A DNA stretch of 64,000 nucleotides from Azolla caroliniana (taxonomy: Eukaryota; Plantae; Polypodiophyta): NCBI GenBank assembly GCA_043228905.1, contig JBHGNT010000010.1, positions 13,020,001 through 13,084,000 on the forward strand, read 5' to 3'. The notes below the pieces were generated by a model. That model had not been told where the DNA came from. It made no database searches and saw only the letters and a program-made list of their open reading frames with translations. A program made the position numbers and the translations under genes. This document shows, piece by piece, positions 35,011 to 47,592 of the stretch (position 1 is the first letter of the stretch; each line of letters opens with the position of its first letter).

Positions 35011-36818
35011 TGAGTAAGAACCAAGATTCCGACCAAGTAGACTACAATGGAATTCAATTAGCAAATGAATTATTTAATGTAATATTCTAGTCCTTCACTA
35101 CAAATAAAGAAATATCGTGCAATGCTTATCGACATATGACCGATATTCTACAATCTATGCATATTTTTTGAAATTGTATCAAGTTATCCAGACTATATTT
35201 CTTGGTGTACTAATTTTTCGTAACAAAGTTGAGGAATAACCATGACAAAATATACTGCCACTTGTTCTTGTCCCGAACTACAGAATGTTTTGTCAAATTT
35301 GATTTCAAACTTGTACCATTAATCGAATAATTTTATTAAGTTTTAAAAATAATGTTAGGAGAATAAAATCAAGGGAAAGTTCTTCATCAATGCTACAAAC
35401 ATAATATTAATTATATGTTAATTGTACATTATTATAACACCTAATTTACATCTTGACTTTTTGAGTTATCAAATACTTTATACCTAAGATGCATCGGAAA
35501 TTTGATATTTGATATTATCTTTTCCATTGCCGCGTGCAAACCCGGGTCTCCCGAGTATCCTAACCAATGAGACTACAATGGATCACATCTAGTGTGCTCC
35601 CTAATAATGCAATCATTCACTATAAATAAATAATATTTATATATTGTGCTAGCATCAACGAACAACTGAGGATGATTCTAACACACTTTCTTTTTGAAGA
35701 TTTAGTAATTTGAAGAGTTTTTATTGATCACACATTTACTCATGATGTATGATGTATCTAGTGTTTCCAATGCTTGAAGTTGTACGATGGTGTCTCCGGA
35801 AAAATTAAGGATCCGAACCAAGTAGTTTACAATGGAATTCATTTAGCAAATGAATTAGTTAATGTAATATTCTAGTTCTTCGCTACAAATAAAGAAACAT
35901 GGTGCAATGCTCATCGACATATGACTATTATTCTACAATCTATGCGTATTTTTTGAAATTGTATCAAGTTATCCAAATTATAATGGTTGGTGTAATAATA
36001 AGTTGTCGTAACAATGTTCAGGAATTACCACGACTAAATATACTACGACTTCCTTTTTCTTGTCTCGAACTACATAATGTTTTGTCAAATTTCATTTCAA
36101 ACCTATACCATTAATCGAATAATAGGATTAAGTTTAAAAATAACGTTAGGAGAATAAAATCAAAGTAAAGTTTGTCATCAATGCTATAGCCATTATATTT
36201 ATTATGTGTTAATTGTACATTATTATAACACCTCATTCACGTCTTGAGTTTTTGAGTTATCAAACACTTTACACATGACATGTGTTCGAATGTTGATATT
36301 GTGTTTTTCATTGACGGGTGTTGAACTCGGGTCTCTCGGGTGAGAGATCCTAACCAACTACTCTACAATGGATCACATCTAGTGCACTCTCTAATACTGC
36401 AATCATTCACTAGAAATAATAATATTGATATATTGCACAAGCATCAACGAACAACTGAGGATGATTCTAACACACTCTCCTTTTCAAGATTTAGTAATTT
36501 CAAGGGTTTTTATTGATGACACATTTACTCATGATGTATGATGTATCTAGTGTTTCCATTAAGTTTAAAAATAATGTTAGGAGAATTTAATCAATGTAAA
36601 GTTCTTCATCAATACTACAAACATAATATTGATTATGTGTTAATTGTACATTATTTAACACCTTCTCTAGGTCTTTAGTTTCTGAGTTATCAAACACTGT
36701 ACACATAACGTGTGTCCAAATTTTGATATTTGATATTGTCTTTTCCATTACCGGGAGTTGAACCCTAATCTTTTGGGTGAGAGCCGAGTATCCTAACCAA
36801 CTAAACTACAATGTATCA
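35011..36818 (-). repeat. Inverted continuation of the tRNA-Glu array
   Basis: Reverse-complement units; A-type copies at ~35522, ~36306, 36743; B-type at ~35011-35051, ~35765. Confidence 0.92.
36743..36815 (-). pseudogene. tRNA-Glu(CTC) copy
   Basis: Reverse complement of the array tRNA, with substitutions. Confidence 0.8.
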
Positions 36819-37264
36819 TGTTGGCCGGTTAGGCCAAAGTATGAGAGGGGAGCTCGTTTTGGGATAAAGGGAATTGTAATTAGAATTAATTACTATAATT
36901 TTAAGATCAGACGAACGAACTTGGAATCGGTATGTCGATCTGGATCCGGACCGGTATGGAGCCGGTTGCTAGTTGGCACCGGTTTGTAACACAACCGGGT
37001 ACATATAAAAGGATTTGGATATGATGTAACTAGAGACGGATAATTAATAGGTAAGTGTTGTTATTTACATATCTTGTTTATCCTGTCATTTCCTGTCTGT
37101 GCTTAATGATGTTGATCCTACCCGTGTAACTAATCAATCTAGATAACAATCAGAGAGGATCAGTTCTATGTTACGGTATTCCCATTCCTTACCGTAACAC
37201 CCCTTTGGTGAATCGTTCCGGAAGGACACCCTATGTGAGTGGCTTGTCCAACCCAGGATTAACA
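36819..37264 (+). repeat. 5' LTR of element E
   Basis: TGTT...AACA termini; CATATAAAAG; followed by PBS-like TGGCGACCAC at 37271-37280 (tRNA-Arg-like, inference). Confidence 0.7.
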
Positions 37265-37416
37265 CAGTTTTGGCGACCACGATTCTTTCAGAAAGTAATG
37301 AACTGCGGGGGAGTGGATGACTAGACCAACGAACGACCCAATTGGCGAATCAGCAAGAAGACTAACCGAGAGATTGCGGAACCGGGAGGGTTACTAGCAT
37401 GCGGCGGAGGAAATTC

Positions 37417-39728
37417 ATGCGGATCGGTCTTTTTCCAGGGTGATTCGGCGGGTTGCGGAGGATTCACTCCGTTTGCAACAGAACCACCACCCGGATGAAG
37501 GAAGTAGTATGAGCAGTCTAGAGGATGTAGAGTCCATTCTACAGACACTTGGCGCAAGAAACGGCGATTCGGAAGCGTTCTCCGCCATTGAATTAGATTC
37601 AGACGGCGAACACATCATCCAATCGAATTATCGTAGTAGCCACGATACCCTAGAAGGCCCGGAAGACGACGAGTCGGACCCCATACCGACACCGGAGCTA
37701 GAGACAACAAAACCGAAATCTCCGGACAAAATGACCGGCGCGAACCACCAAGAGGAGGAGTGAGTTCCGACACCACCACCTGAGTCACCAAAAGAATAGG
37801 AGGAGCGAGTTCCAACACCACCACCCGAGTCACCGAAGGAACAGGAGGAGCGAGTTCTGACACCGCCCCCGGCAACACAAGAAGACGACGACACAATGCC
37901 TTACCAATATCCGAAGTATCGGGATGACCCGGATGCGGAAGCCCACGTATACGTGTTTCTCCAAACATGGGAGGTGAGCCATGTCTCCCAACGACTGACC
38001 GAAGCAGAGGTTGGAAGATAAAAAATAGCGGAATTCAACATGACTTTGGAGGGACCAGCGGCACGACACTCTAAGCACCTCCCCGGCAGTATCGCCATGT
38101 TTGAAGAGTTAATTAACAACAAGATTTCTACGATTCTTCCACAGACAGGTGGATCAAAGAGAGATTGTCAGGCAATTCTATACGACACGATAGGACCCGT
38201 GAGAAACCATTTAGCAGTTTGTTATCCGGTTCCAGAGGATGCATAGTCAACTCACCAGAGCACCGCCGGAAGAAGAATTGAAAGCGGTATTTTTGGCAGT
38301 GCTCCGGGAACCCCTCTGAACCGTGGTGCGGTCATAGATTTTCGGACCAGCCCAATAGACTGGTTCATTGAATGGGTCATGGACATGGACAAAAATAGTT
38401 TGCGGTTGACGAGGGGAGCACTCCAAAGAAAACTCCCTACCAAAGAGGACCTACGGTTTCGCCAGGCAATACAATGCAGGACTTGCCTTAATCCAGGCCA
38501 CTCAACAATAGAGTGCACTATGAGATCGCAATGCACGCAGTGCATGTTATGCCATTCCCGGTCACACACAATGGACCGTTGTGAATACAACTTGCTAAAT
38601 CGGCAAGTTGCACCAGTCCGGCACATCGAAACCCGGAACGACCGAGAAGACGAAGAAGAACGATTTCGGCGAGATGATTGCTATAGACCGATACAAGACG
38701 TCTGATACAACGACAAATGGGAGGATTATGATCGGGACCGGAATGATCAAAGCCAGAACTATAACGAAAATTGTTATGATCGAGATTACTCGCCCGGCAA
38801 AAATCAGAGGAGAGACGATCAATAGGGAGACTATGATGATCGGCACTGGCAAGGATATCGGAACCACCGATGCTATAATAAAAAACGGAACACTTGAAAA
38901 GAGGAGTGTCGGGAACCGATGAAGGATTACCAATGGGAGCTGGATAGAACCATACCTAGCGCTAAATCTGAACAACGAAGAATAGAGGACACACACCAAA
39001 AGTAGAGTCTAGCAATATATGAAAGGTGTATTGCTACTATTGCCGGCAGGATGGGCACTACAACAATCGGTGTCCAATGAAGACTAACGAAAAATGGCTG
39101 GCAGTCAACATGGTTGTCGCGAAGGTGGCCAACATTCAGTAAGTCACCACCAGGTCGAAAGGGAAGATGGCCGAATGGGAGGCTCAAGAAGTTATCTGAA
39201 AACAACCCAAAGAATGAATCGAAAATATGAACAAACGAAATGTCACTGAACTACAGGAGCACAGGAAAACATCGGAGGAACCCACATAGACGATGCAGTA
39301 GGAGAACCCCACGTGGCAGACACTACGGGAATGCTAGATCATGCTACCATTGGGTCAGTTGCTGCAATGAGTGCCCCGATACACTGACGGTTTAAAATCA
39401 GCATTGGCCCCACCAAGCCTCACACCGGCTCCGACATTCTTCTCAAATCTGGAAGAGGGACCGGAAATGGTAGACACGAGCAGTCCAACAATCACCGCCA
39501 TCTTCAAAGGAAGAGTACTGGGGACAATTGTCGATGGTGGATCAGGAGTAAATGTAATAAGCCTACAAGCATGCGACACTCTAGGAATCCAGGAATGGGA
39601 ACCCTGCCCGTTCTGGCTCCGTATGGCGACACCAATTCGGTACGACTGGCCGCATTGATCTGGGACTTGGAAATGACAATCAGAGGCCATGCCTTCTGGA
39701 TTTCTGCAGTGGTCCTCCTGTTGAACGT
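37417..39728 (+). pseudogene. gag: E gag and protease, disrupted
   Basis: CRTCLNPGHSTIEC, CMLCHSRSHTMDRC; TIVDGGSGVNVIS; 45-bp repeat at ~37753-37870. Confidence 0.8.
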
Positions 39729-40747
39729 TGTCGTGAAGATTTTCGGCAATAGTGTGAAAATCCCATAAAACGTACAAAATCAAGTATGAATCACGTAATA
39801 CAATAATTGTGAAGATAACATTTTTGAATATCTAAGTACAAAATGATGGAGGTTTCGAATGCACTTTATTACACGAGAAATAGACAACTAAATGTCAAGA
39901 TATGAGGGTATAAAGTTTGTGAAAAGAAAAGAGAAAATTGTGAGATATCCCACATAGGCACGACAAATACGGCTCTCATAATATATAAGGTGGAGCAAAA
40001 GATATTATCTTTGTGTCTATGTGTGGAGCATAGAGAGTTCAAGGTAACTTGAACTTAGAGTGGAGGTGGCTAGCTACTCGAAAAGGGTTTTGGCCAACCA
40101 AAACCGGACCGGCGATGGAGCCGGTGATCCGACCGAAATCCGGCGTCGGCGTTGGTATCCGGCGTCGGCATCTGGCGGCAGCGCCGGTATTCGACGACGG
40201 CATCCGACGACGGTATCCGGCGAACCGGCGACTAGATACAATAAATATATAAAAATATATACATATTTACATATACAAGGAGGGCAAGTATAGATTCAAA
40301 CCTTGCACCTCCAAGTTAGGAGTCAAATGGCTTACCATTAAGCCATGGTATTTAGTTGAAATGAAATTTTCTATCATTGTACTTTTACATGTAAATTCTC
40401 ATCCATGACTGCTAAAATGAGTGACATGGTTAGCATGCACCACATGTAATACTTAAGCGCCAAATGGCAAACATGCAATTTATGCATGTCTTGTACCCTC
40501 ACATGCATCATATGCATGAGAGCATCTATAAAAGAGGGAAGGGGGAGGAGAAAAACACGGGTTTTTTTTATGAAAATTAAGAAGAAGAAATTCGTTATCA
40601 AAGCAATCGTGTAATCTCATCTTCTCTCTTTCCCAATCTATCTTAAGTACTTTCTCGCCAAAGCTTGTATCGACTCTAAATCCTTCTGGTCCAGAACCCC
40701 GGTGGTTCCGCCTCACGATCCGCGCGTAGCGACGGATCTTCACGACA
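39729..40747 (+). repeat. A2 5' LTR
   Basis: Direct repeat of 46571-47588. Confidence 0.97.
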
Positions 40748-40814
40748 TAATTAAGTGGTGAACCCGACGTGAAAGAGGCGGTAGGAAGGATCAAGTCGAG
40801 ATTAATACTTGGAG

Positions 40815-43013
40815 ATGGCGTCCTCAAGCAACCAAGCAGGAGAGCTCGAAAAGATGATGTTAATCGTCGAGCAAATGATGAGATCTCGGGACAACGACGC
40901 GAGCGTGGAGAAGGCTGTCGATCGTGTCGTAGAGCTCGAGGGCCAATTCGATGGAAGGAACGTTACGAAGTTCCTTGATGCATATAAGAGGGAGATAAAT
41001 CAAAGGGACGTGTCCGAGGCACGTCAAATCGCAAGCTTCAAGAGAGTTGTCGCCAACAACATCCAAAGACGCGTCATCGAGCTTCAAGAAGGAAAGACAA
41101 CATGGTCCGAGTTCGAGAAAACGATACTAGCGGAGTTCGTGACTGAAGACTCAACGAGGATGACTCGACATGCCCTGATGAAGTGGATAGAGAAGAAGAA
41201 TAAGAAGATGAGCGTCTCGAGGGTGTACGACGAATTCGACCAGATGTTTAGTCGTCTCCCCAATACGGACCAAGTGTTGCTTGAAGAGGACAAGACTTTG
41301 TACTTCTTGAAGGCCGTGGACATAAAGGATAGACGGGAGTTGGGGACTCTTCTCGAAGATGATACCCAAGCAAATGGGCTCGTAGCGGACTGGATCGCGG
41401 TGAAGCGGGCATGCAATAGGCTTGACAAGCGTCGCCAATGGGTTGATGACACCGACTTGACGGGACCGACTACCACGGAGAAAGCAAGACCGCCGAAAGT
41501 AGCTGAGCCGCCGAGACAAAGTAACGTGGAAGAAAAGAAGATTGATGACGACATCATTGAAGAGCTAGCGAAGAAGTTCGAGAAGGTCACGCTAGCCAAC
41601 ATGAATCGTCGGGGCCCTAAAGGAAAAGAACCCTTTAGATGCGTGTGGTGCGATAGCATGGACCACATGAGAAGGGATTGTGCGAGCCTTCGAGAGGCGA
41701 TTCGACAAAATATCGTATACATAGAGGACAACATGATCTGCTCAAGCGAGACTAGAAGACCCCTACGGGTGAATTTCGGAAGAGGAGGAATGAAGAGATC
41801 TATGGAGGATGCCGATGCGACTCATGTGGATGCGATGCACTATGCTGCGTTGGCCGGAATAAGAGTCGGGAAAGACAAGACTGAAGCTGCTAGAGCGGGA
41901 GCAAAGTTTTGGACTTCCGTTCTCGAATATGAGAAGAAGGGAAAAATCACATCGAACGAGGTAGAGCTTGCGGACCGAAGCGTGCAAAGCATAACCGGGT
42001 GGTCGGATCCGGTGGACGACAACACCATACTCGCCGAGGTGATGTGCGACAACCACGAGGTGTTCGTCGAAGAAAAGAGAAAGAGAATAGAAGAGCAAGG
42101 CCCATCTAAAAGACATGAAACAAGGAACGCGAAAAAGAAGGACGATGCGGAGACGAGTCGACCTTTACAAACAGAGGAACGAGAATCAAGCCGAAGAGGG
42201 GAGCCGAGCATACGAGTTGAAGAAACGGTTCGGCCCGTGAAGGTTGGTGTCGAAGACCCCGCTCGGAGGACAAGGACCATACCTACCTATAAGCTAAGGT
42301 CGGACATAGAGCAGACGACGGACCTAAAGAAGATTCTCGAAGAACGAGTTCTTGATAGCCACGTAACTTTGTCCTTGAGGGAATTGCTTGGCATTACGAA
42401 GAAGGAGTTCCATGACACGATCGTGGACCTTGTAAAGAGAAAGAGACAACAATCGGACGAGGAAGAAGAGAAGCCGCAAAAAGCAAAAACGAATGCCATA
42501 ACGATGGCAAGAGACGAAATCGATGAAGATATGGTGGACAGCCACTACACTCGACCTCATTGGGCACGAGCGACAACGGAGACGCCGGTGAAGATCGGGG
42601 AAAAGAAAGAGACCGTCGTAGCCTTGATCGACCACGGCTCGGAGATCAACCTCATGTCAACCGACTTCTATAAAAAGGGAAGATCGCCAATCAATACAAA
42701 CCACGGATGGAAGATTCGCGCGGCAACAAAGTCTACGGAGGACTTGTACGGAGCTTGTCCGAATGTCAAAGTCACGATCGGGGATGTGGAGATGGATCAA
42801 CACTTCTTCGTACAAGAATCGGCTTCGCATCCTGTCATCCTAGGGCAACCTTATATCACATCATCTCGGATGGAGACCAAAGTGTTCGATAATGGAGCAG
42901 CCTTCGCACGAATAAAGAGTCTTGACAACCAAAGATCGGTCCAATTCCTAACAGTGCGAGCCAATCATGAAAGGAATCGAGATAGTCTCGGAGGCGAATC
43001 CTCGGATTTTTAG
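40815..43013 (+). CDS. gag: A2 Gag-protease polyprotein
   Basis: Intact ORF; CVWCDSMDHMRRDC; ALIDHGSEIN. Confidence 0.92.
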   Translation: MASSSNQAGELEKMMLIVEQMMRSRDNDASVEKAVDRVVELEGQFDGRNVTKFLDAYKREINQRDVSEARQIASFKRVVANNIQRRVIELQEGKTTWSEFEKTILAEFVTEDSTRMTRHALMKWIEKKNKKMSVSRVYDEFDQMFSRLPNTDQVLLEEDKTLYFLKAVDIKDRRELGTLLEDDTQANGLVADWIAVKRACNRLDKRRQWVDDTDLTGPTTTEKARPPKVAEPPRQSNVEEKKIDDDIIEELAKKFEKVTLANMNRRGPKGKEPFRCVWCDSMDHMRRDCASLREAIRQNIVYIEDNMICSSETRRPLRVNFGRGGMKRSMEDADATHVDAMHYAALAGIRVGKDKTEAARAGAKFWTSVLEYEKKGKITSNEVELADRSVQSITGWSDPVDDNTILAEVMCDNHEVFVEEKRKRIEEQGPSKRHETRNAKKKDDAETSRPLQTEERESSRRGEPSIRVEETVRPVKVGVEDPARRTRTIPTYKLRSDIEQTTDLKKILEERVLDSHVTLSLRELLGITKKEFHDTIVDLVKRKRQQSDEEEEKPQKAKTNAITMARDEIDEDMVDSHYTRPHWARATTETPVKIGEKKETVVALIDHGSEINLMSTDFYKKGRSPINTNHGWKIRAATKSTEDLYGACPNVKVTIGDVEMDQHFFVQESASHPVILGQPYITSSRMETKVFDNGAAFARIKSLDNQRSVQFLTVRANHERNRDSLGGESSDF

Positions 43014-46000
43014 AGCGGACTATTGAAGCATGGGGCACAAATAGTCCGAGCAATCACAAGACCCCACAAGAAAGAAGAGTGCGTGGATTGCAAGGAGAAG
43101 CAACATGTGTCACACCTAGTGGCGCATGTAAACTAGTACTACCCGACAAGAAGCACAAGCGCCGGATACAAGAATTCGAGAAGATGCTGAAAGAAGATAA
43201 CATAATAGAAGAAGGAGAGTTCGTGACTCATATTATGGAAGAAGCCTCATTTAACGACACCATCGGCGAAATCGAGGACGTCGTGGACTTGAGCTATCTT
43301 CACAACCAACGTGTGATTTCGGTTAACTCTGTCAACATGTACGCTATCATCGATGAATACCGTCGTGGCATCTCGATGAATGAAGCTGACATCAACACGA
43401 AATATAAAACAGTGGATAAGAAGATCAAGCCAGTTGCGGTTCCGCTACCAGAAGATAGCTAGCAAAAGATGAAGGAAGTCGCTAACGATCCAAGCTTAAG
43501 AGATCCGAAGAAGATAGGTCATGACTTCACCAAAGAGACGAAGGGGAAGCTACGAGTTGGAAAGGAGGATTTCCTTCACCCTGAAGAGGAGCGAATGTTT
43601 CGCGATATGCTTGAGAGACATGGGAAGGCTTTCGCATTCTTCCCACGAGAAATCGGATGCGCCGACCAAAAGGTTATAGAGCCAATGGTGATCTTCACGG
43701 TGCCTCATGTGCCTTGGAATTTGAAACCGATACCGGTTCCGAGAGCACACCTTCCGAAGCTGATTGAGCTCTTAAAGGAGAAGGTGAGTATGGGAATTCT
43801 AGAACCGTCAAATGCTCCTTATTCCAATAGGTGGTTCACGGTGCCGAATAAGAATGGATCATTGCGATTCATCCAAGATCTTCAACCCGTCAACAAGGTG
43901 ACAATTCGAAATGCCGGAATCGGTCCGAGCGTGGACGAATTTGCCGAAGCGTTTGCGGGCTGGTCCATCTACTCCATTGGTGATCTCTACTTCGGATATG
44001 ACCAATTCCAGTTGGCGATCGACAGTCGGGACATTACAACCATGAGGACTCCGATCGGGCTTGTGCGGATGTGTACCTTACCCCAAGGTGCAACGAACTC
44101 GGTGGCTCATATGGTGAATGCCATGAATAAGGTCTTGAAGGATTGCATTCCGGACATCACGATGCCATTCTTAGATGATATTCCGATAAAAGGATGTTCG
44201 GATGAGGAGAAAGATGAATCGAAAGATAAGGAAGGTTGTAGAAAGTTCGTTGCGGATCATATGAAAGATTGCGAGAAGGTGCTTCAAAGGCTCGAAGATG
44301 CGAATTTCACATTTTCGGGAGAAAAATCCGCATTCGGGCAACCGGAGATCTTGGTGGTAGGTCACTTGTGTGGAGCATACGGCCAGAAGCCCTCGCCATC
44401 CAAAGTGAACGCAATCCAAGACATGAAAGAAGAATGCGAAAACCAAACGGAGGTTCGAAGGTTCCTTGGAGCGTGCGCGTTTTATCATATATGGATTCCT
44501 CACTACGCTCATGTCGCCGAACCGTTATATGGACTACTAAAGAAAAGAATAAAGTTCGAATGGCGAGACGAGCACACAGAGGCGATGCGAAGATTAAAGA
44601 AACTGCTTCTTGAAGCTCCGGCACTAAGGAAGGCCGACTATGCCGAAGGGAAACCAATTTACGTGACCGTAGATACGAGCCCAACCGGAATTGGGTGGGT
44701 CATCAATCAAGAAGGTGAAGATAATGCGCGATATGCCGTCCGGTTCGGAGCAAAGGTTCTCAGCGAACGGCAACAAAGATATGCCCAAGTCAAGCGGGAA
44801 CTTTGGGGTATTGTGTCGGCAGTGAAGACGGACAAAGATTACCTGATCGGATCAGAAGTGATAATAGAGACAGATTGTCTCCCAATTCTCGGAATGGTCT
44901 CGGGATGTGCGACCCCAGATCTTGCTATGCTAAGGTGGATCGCCTACATCAAGTCTTTAAACCCAGAGATCCGTCACATCGCAGGGAAGAAGAACGCCAT
45001 GGCTGACATGCTATCGAGGGCAAGATTTTCAAATGGAAGTAACATGGTTTCGGAAGATGAAGATGTCGCCCTCGACTTCTTCAAGATGGCTCGATTGTCG
45101 GCGGAAGACCAGGACACGCAAACCCTCCACGCCTTCAACGAGAACGAGTACGAAGGAGAGTGGTTACTCATCGGTAGATTCCTAAGAACATTGACGACAG
45201 ATGCCTCATTGACAAAGGAGGAGGCCCTACGAATCCGAAAGAAAGCTTATCGATACTTCTTGAAGGGAGGATTCCTTTGGCGACATCCAAAAAGAAGGAC
45301 AGGAATACCACGTCGAGTGGTGGTAAAGAAAGAAGAGCAAGAGACGCTGATGACCGAATTCCACGAGAGCGCTTGGGCAGGTCATAGAGGAACATGGGCG
45401 ACGTTCGAAAAATTGAAGGAGAAGTACTGGTGGCCAAGCATGTACAAAGATGTACTCCATTTCGTGTCCACATGTGAAACTTGCCAAATATATTCAAATA
45501 TACGTCATCGTGATGAGTTAAAGCAGACATACCCACTCACCATTCACTTCAAATGGATGGTGGATCTGGTCTCGCTGCCAATGGGAGTGGGACAAATGAA
45601 GTGCTTAGCGCTCGCAAGGGAAGACTTGACAAATCAAGTGGAAGGACGAGCCTTGACAAATAAGACGACTTCAGCCGTTTGTAAATTTTTACTTGAAGAT
45701 GTTGTTTGCCGATATGGATGTGTAGGGAAGATAGTGGCCGACCGAGGGGAGTTGGACGCGCACGAAGCGACGGAGCTCTTCGAAAGACTAGGCGTGAAGC
45801 TCTCCCTCACGACTGCCTACAATCCGGAAGCAAATGGGAAGATTGAGCGAGGGCATGGACCTATCGTTAAAGCCATTGTACGGGCATGCAACGGTCGAGT
45901 CGGGAATTGGCCACAACTATTACCCTATGCCTTGTGGGCCGATAGAACGACACATAGCTCGGTGACAGGGTATATGCCGACGGAGCTTATGTATGGACAA

Positions 46001-46498
46001 AAGCCGATTATGCCCATCGAAAGGACGATCGCCTCATGGGTAGCGATACCGTGGGGGAACGAGATGAGCCGAGAAGAGTTATTAGCGGCGCGGATAAGGC
46101 AACTTGAAAGAAGACCTGAAGATTTAGAAAAAGCGCGAAAGATGATGAAGGCAGCCCGAGTAAAGAACAAAGTTCGGTTCGACAACACGCATCGACTTCG
46201 TCCCAAGAAGATTGAAGAAGGGGATTGGGTTTTGGTTTACGACAGCACCCTTGACAATCAACATAGTACAACAAGGAAGTTCGCAAGAAGATGGTTCGGG
46301 CCGTATGTGGTGACAAGTGCCAACGATAATGCCACATAACACCTTGCGGAACTAGACGGATCAAGGTTGGCCGTACCCATTGCGGGAAAAAGAGTAAAGC
46401 TTTTCAAGAAAAGACAAGACAAGGATCCTGACCTCGATTACCTCGACGATGAACATAATAGGCCGAATGAAAATGAAGACATGGAGGAATCTAATTGA
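43004..46498 (+). pseudogene. pol: A2 pol (RT-RNaseH-integrase) in the -1 frame with two premature stops (43460, 46337)
   Basis: PFLDDIP, VDTSPTG, H..H..C..C zinc motif, D-D-E core, WFGPY. Confidence 0.92.
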
Positions 46499-46570
46499 TC
46501 ATCGTAGCCGAAATCTCACTTCTTCTCTTCTTGGCACGTACCGGAGGACGTGCGGTTTGGTGGGGGTGGA

Positions 46571-47588
46571 TGTCGTGAAGATTTTCGGCAATAGTGTGAA
46601 AATCCTATAAAACGTACAAAATCGAGTATGAATCACGTAATACAATAATTGTGAAGATAACATTTTTAAATATCTAAGTACAAAATGATGGAGGTTTCGA
46701 ATGCACTTTATTACACGAGAAATAGACAACTAAATGTCAAGATATGAGGGTATAAAGTTTGTGAAAAGAAAAGAGAAAATTGTGAGATATCCCACATAGG
46801 CACGACAAATACGGCTCTCATAATATATAAGGTGGAGCAAAAGATATTATCTTTGTGTCTATGTGTGGACCATAGAGAGTTCAAGGTAACTTGAACTTAG
46901 AGTGGAGGTGGCTAGATACTCGAAAAGGGTTTTTGCCAACCAAAACCGGACCGGCGATGGAGCCGGTGATCCGACCGCAATCCGGCGTCGGCGTCGGTAT
47001 CCGGCGTCGGCATCTGGCGGCAGCGCCGGTATTCGACGACGGCATCCGACGACGGTATCCGGCGAACCGGCGACTAGATACAATAAATATATAAAAATAT
47101 ATACATATTTACATATACAAGGAGGGCAAGTATAGATTCAAACCTTGCACCTCCAAGTTAGGAGTCAAATGGCTTACCATTAAGCCATGGTATTTAGTTG
47201 AAATTATATTTCTATCATTGTACTTTTACATGTAAATTCTCATCCATGACTGCTAAAATGAGTGACATGGTTAGCATGCACCACATGTAATACTTAAGCG
47301 CCAAATGGCAAACATGCAATTTATGCATGTCTTGTACCCTCACATGCATCATATGCATGAGAGCATCTATAAAAGAGGGAAGGGGGAGGAGAAAAACACG
47401 GGTTTTTTTTATGAAAATTAAGAAGAAGAAATTCGTTATCAAAGCAATCGTGTAATCTCATCTTCTCTCTTTCCCAATCTATCTTAAGTACTTTCTCGCC
47501 AAAGCTTGTATCGACTCTAAATCCTTCTGGTCCAGAACCCCGGCGGTTCCGCCTCACGATCCGCGCGTAGCGACGGATCTTCACGACA
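46571..47588 (+). repeat. A2 3' LTR
   Basis: Follows PPT; TGTCGTG...CACGACA. Confidence 0.97.
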
Positions 47589-47592
47589 ACGC

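Larger units (their letters stand above)
39729..47588 (+). mobile_element. Full-length Ty3/gypsy element A2
   Basis: Near-identical LTRs 39729-40747 and 46571-47588; flanks ACGT/ACGC; Trp PBS 40756-40773; PPT 46554-46570. Confidence 0.97.

Noticed and set aside
19964-36114. Recurring short ORFs in the array (MVQCSSTY..., MIYDVS...)
   Set aside because: They recur only because the unit repeats; stops and indels differ freely between copies
19354-36818. CRISPR-like repeat-spacer array
   Set aside because: The spacers are homologous to each other and hundreds of bp long, the repeats are tRNA copies, there are no cas genes, and the context is eukaryotic
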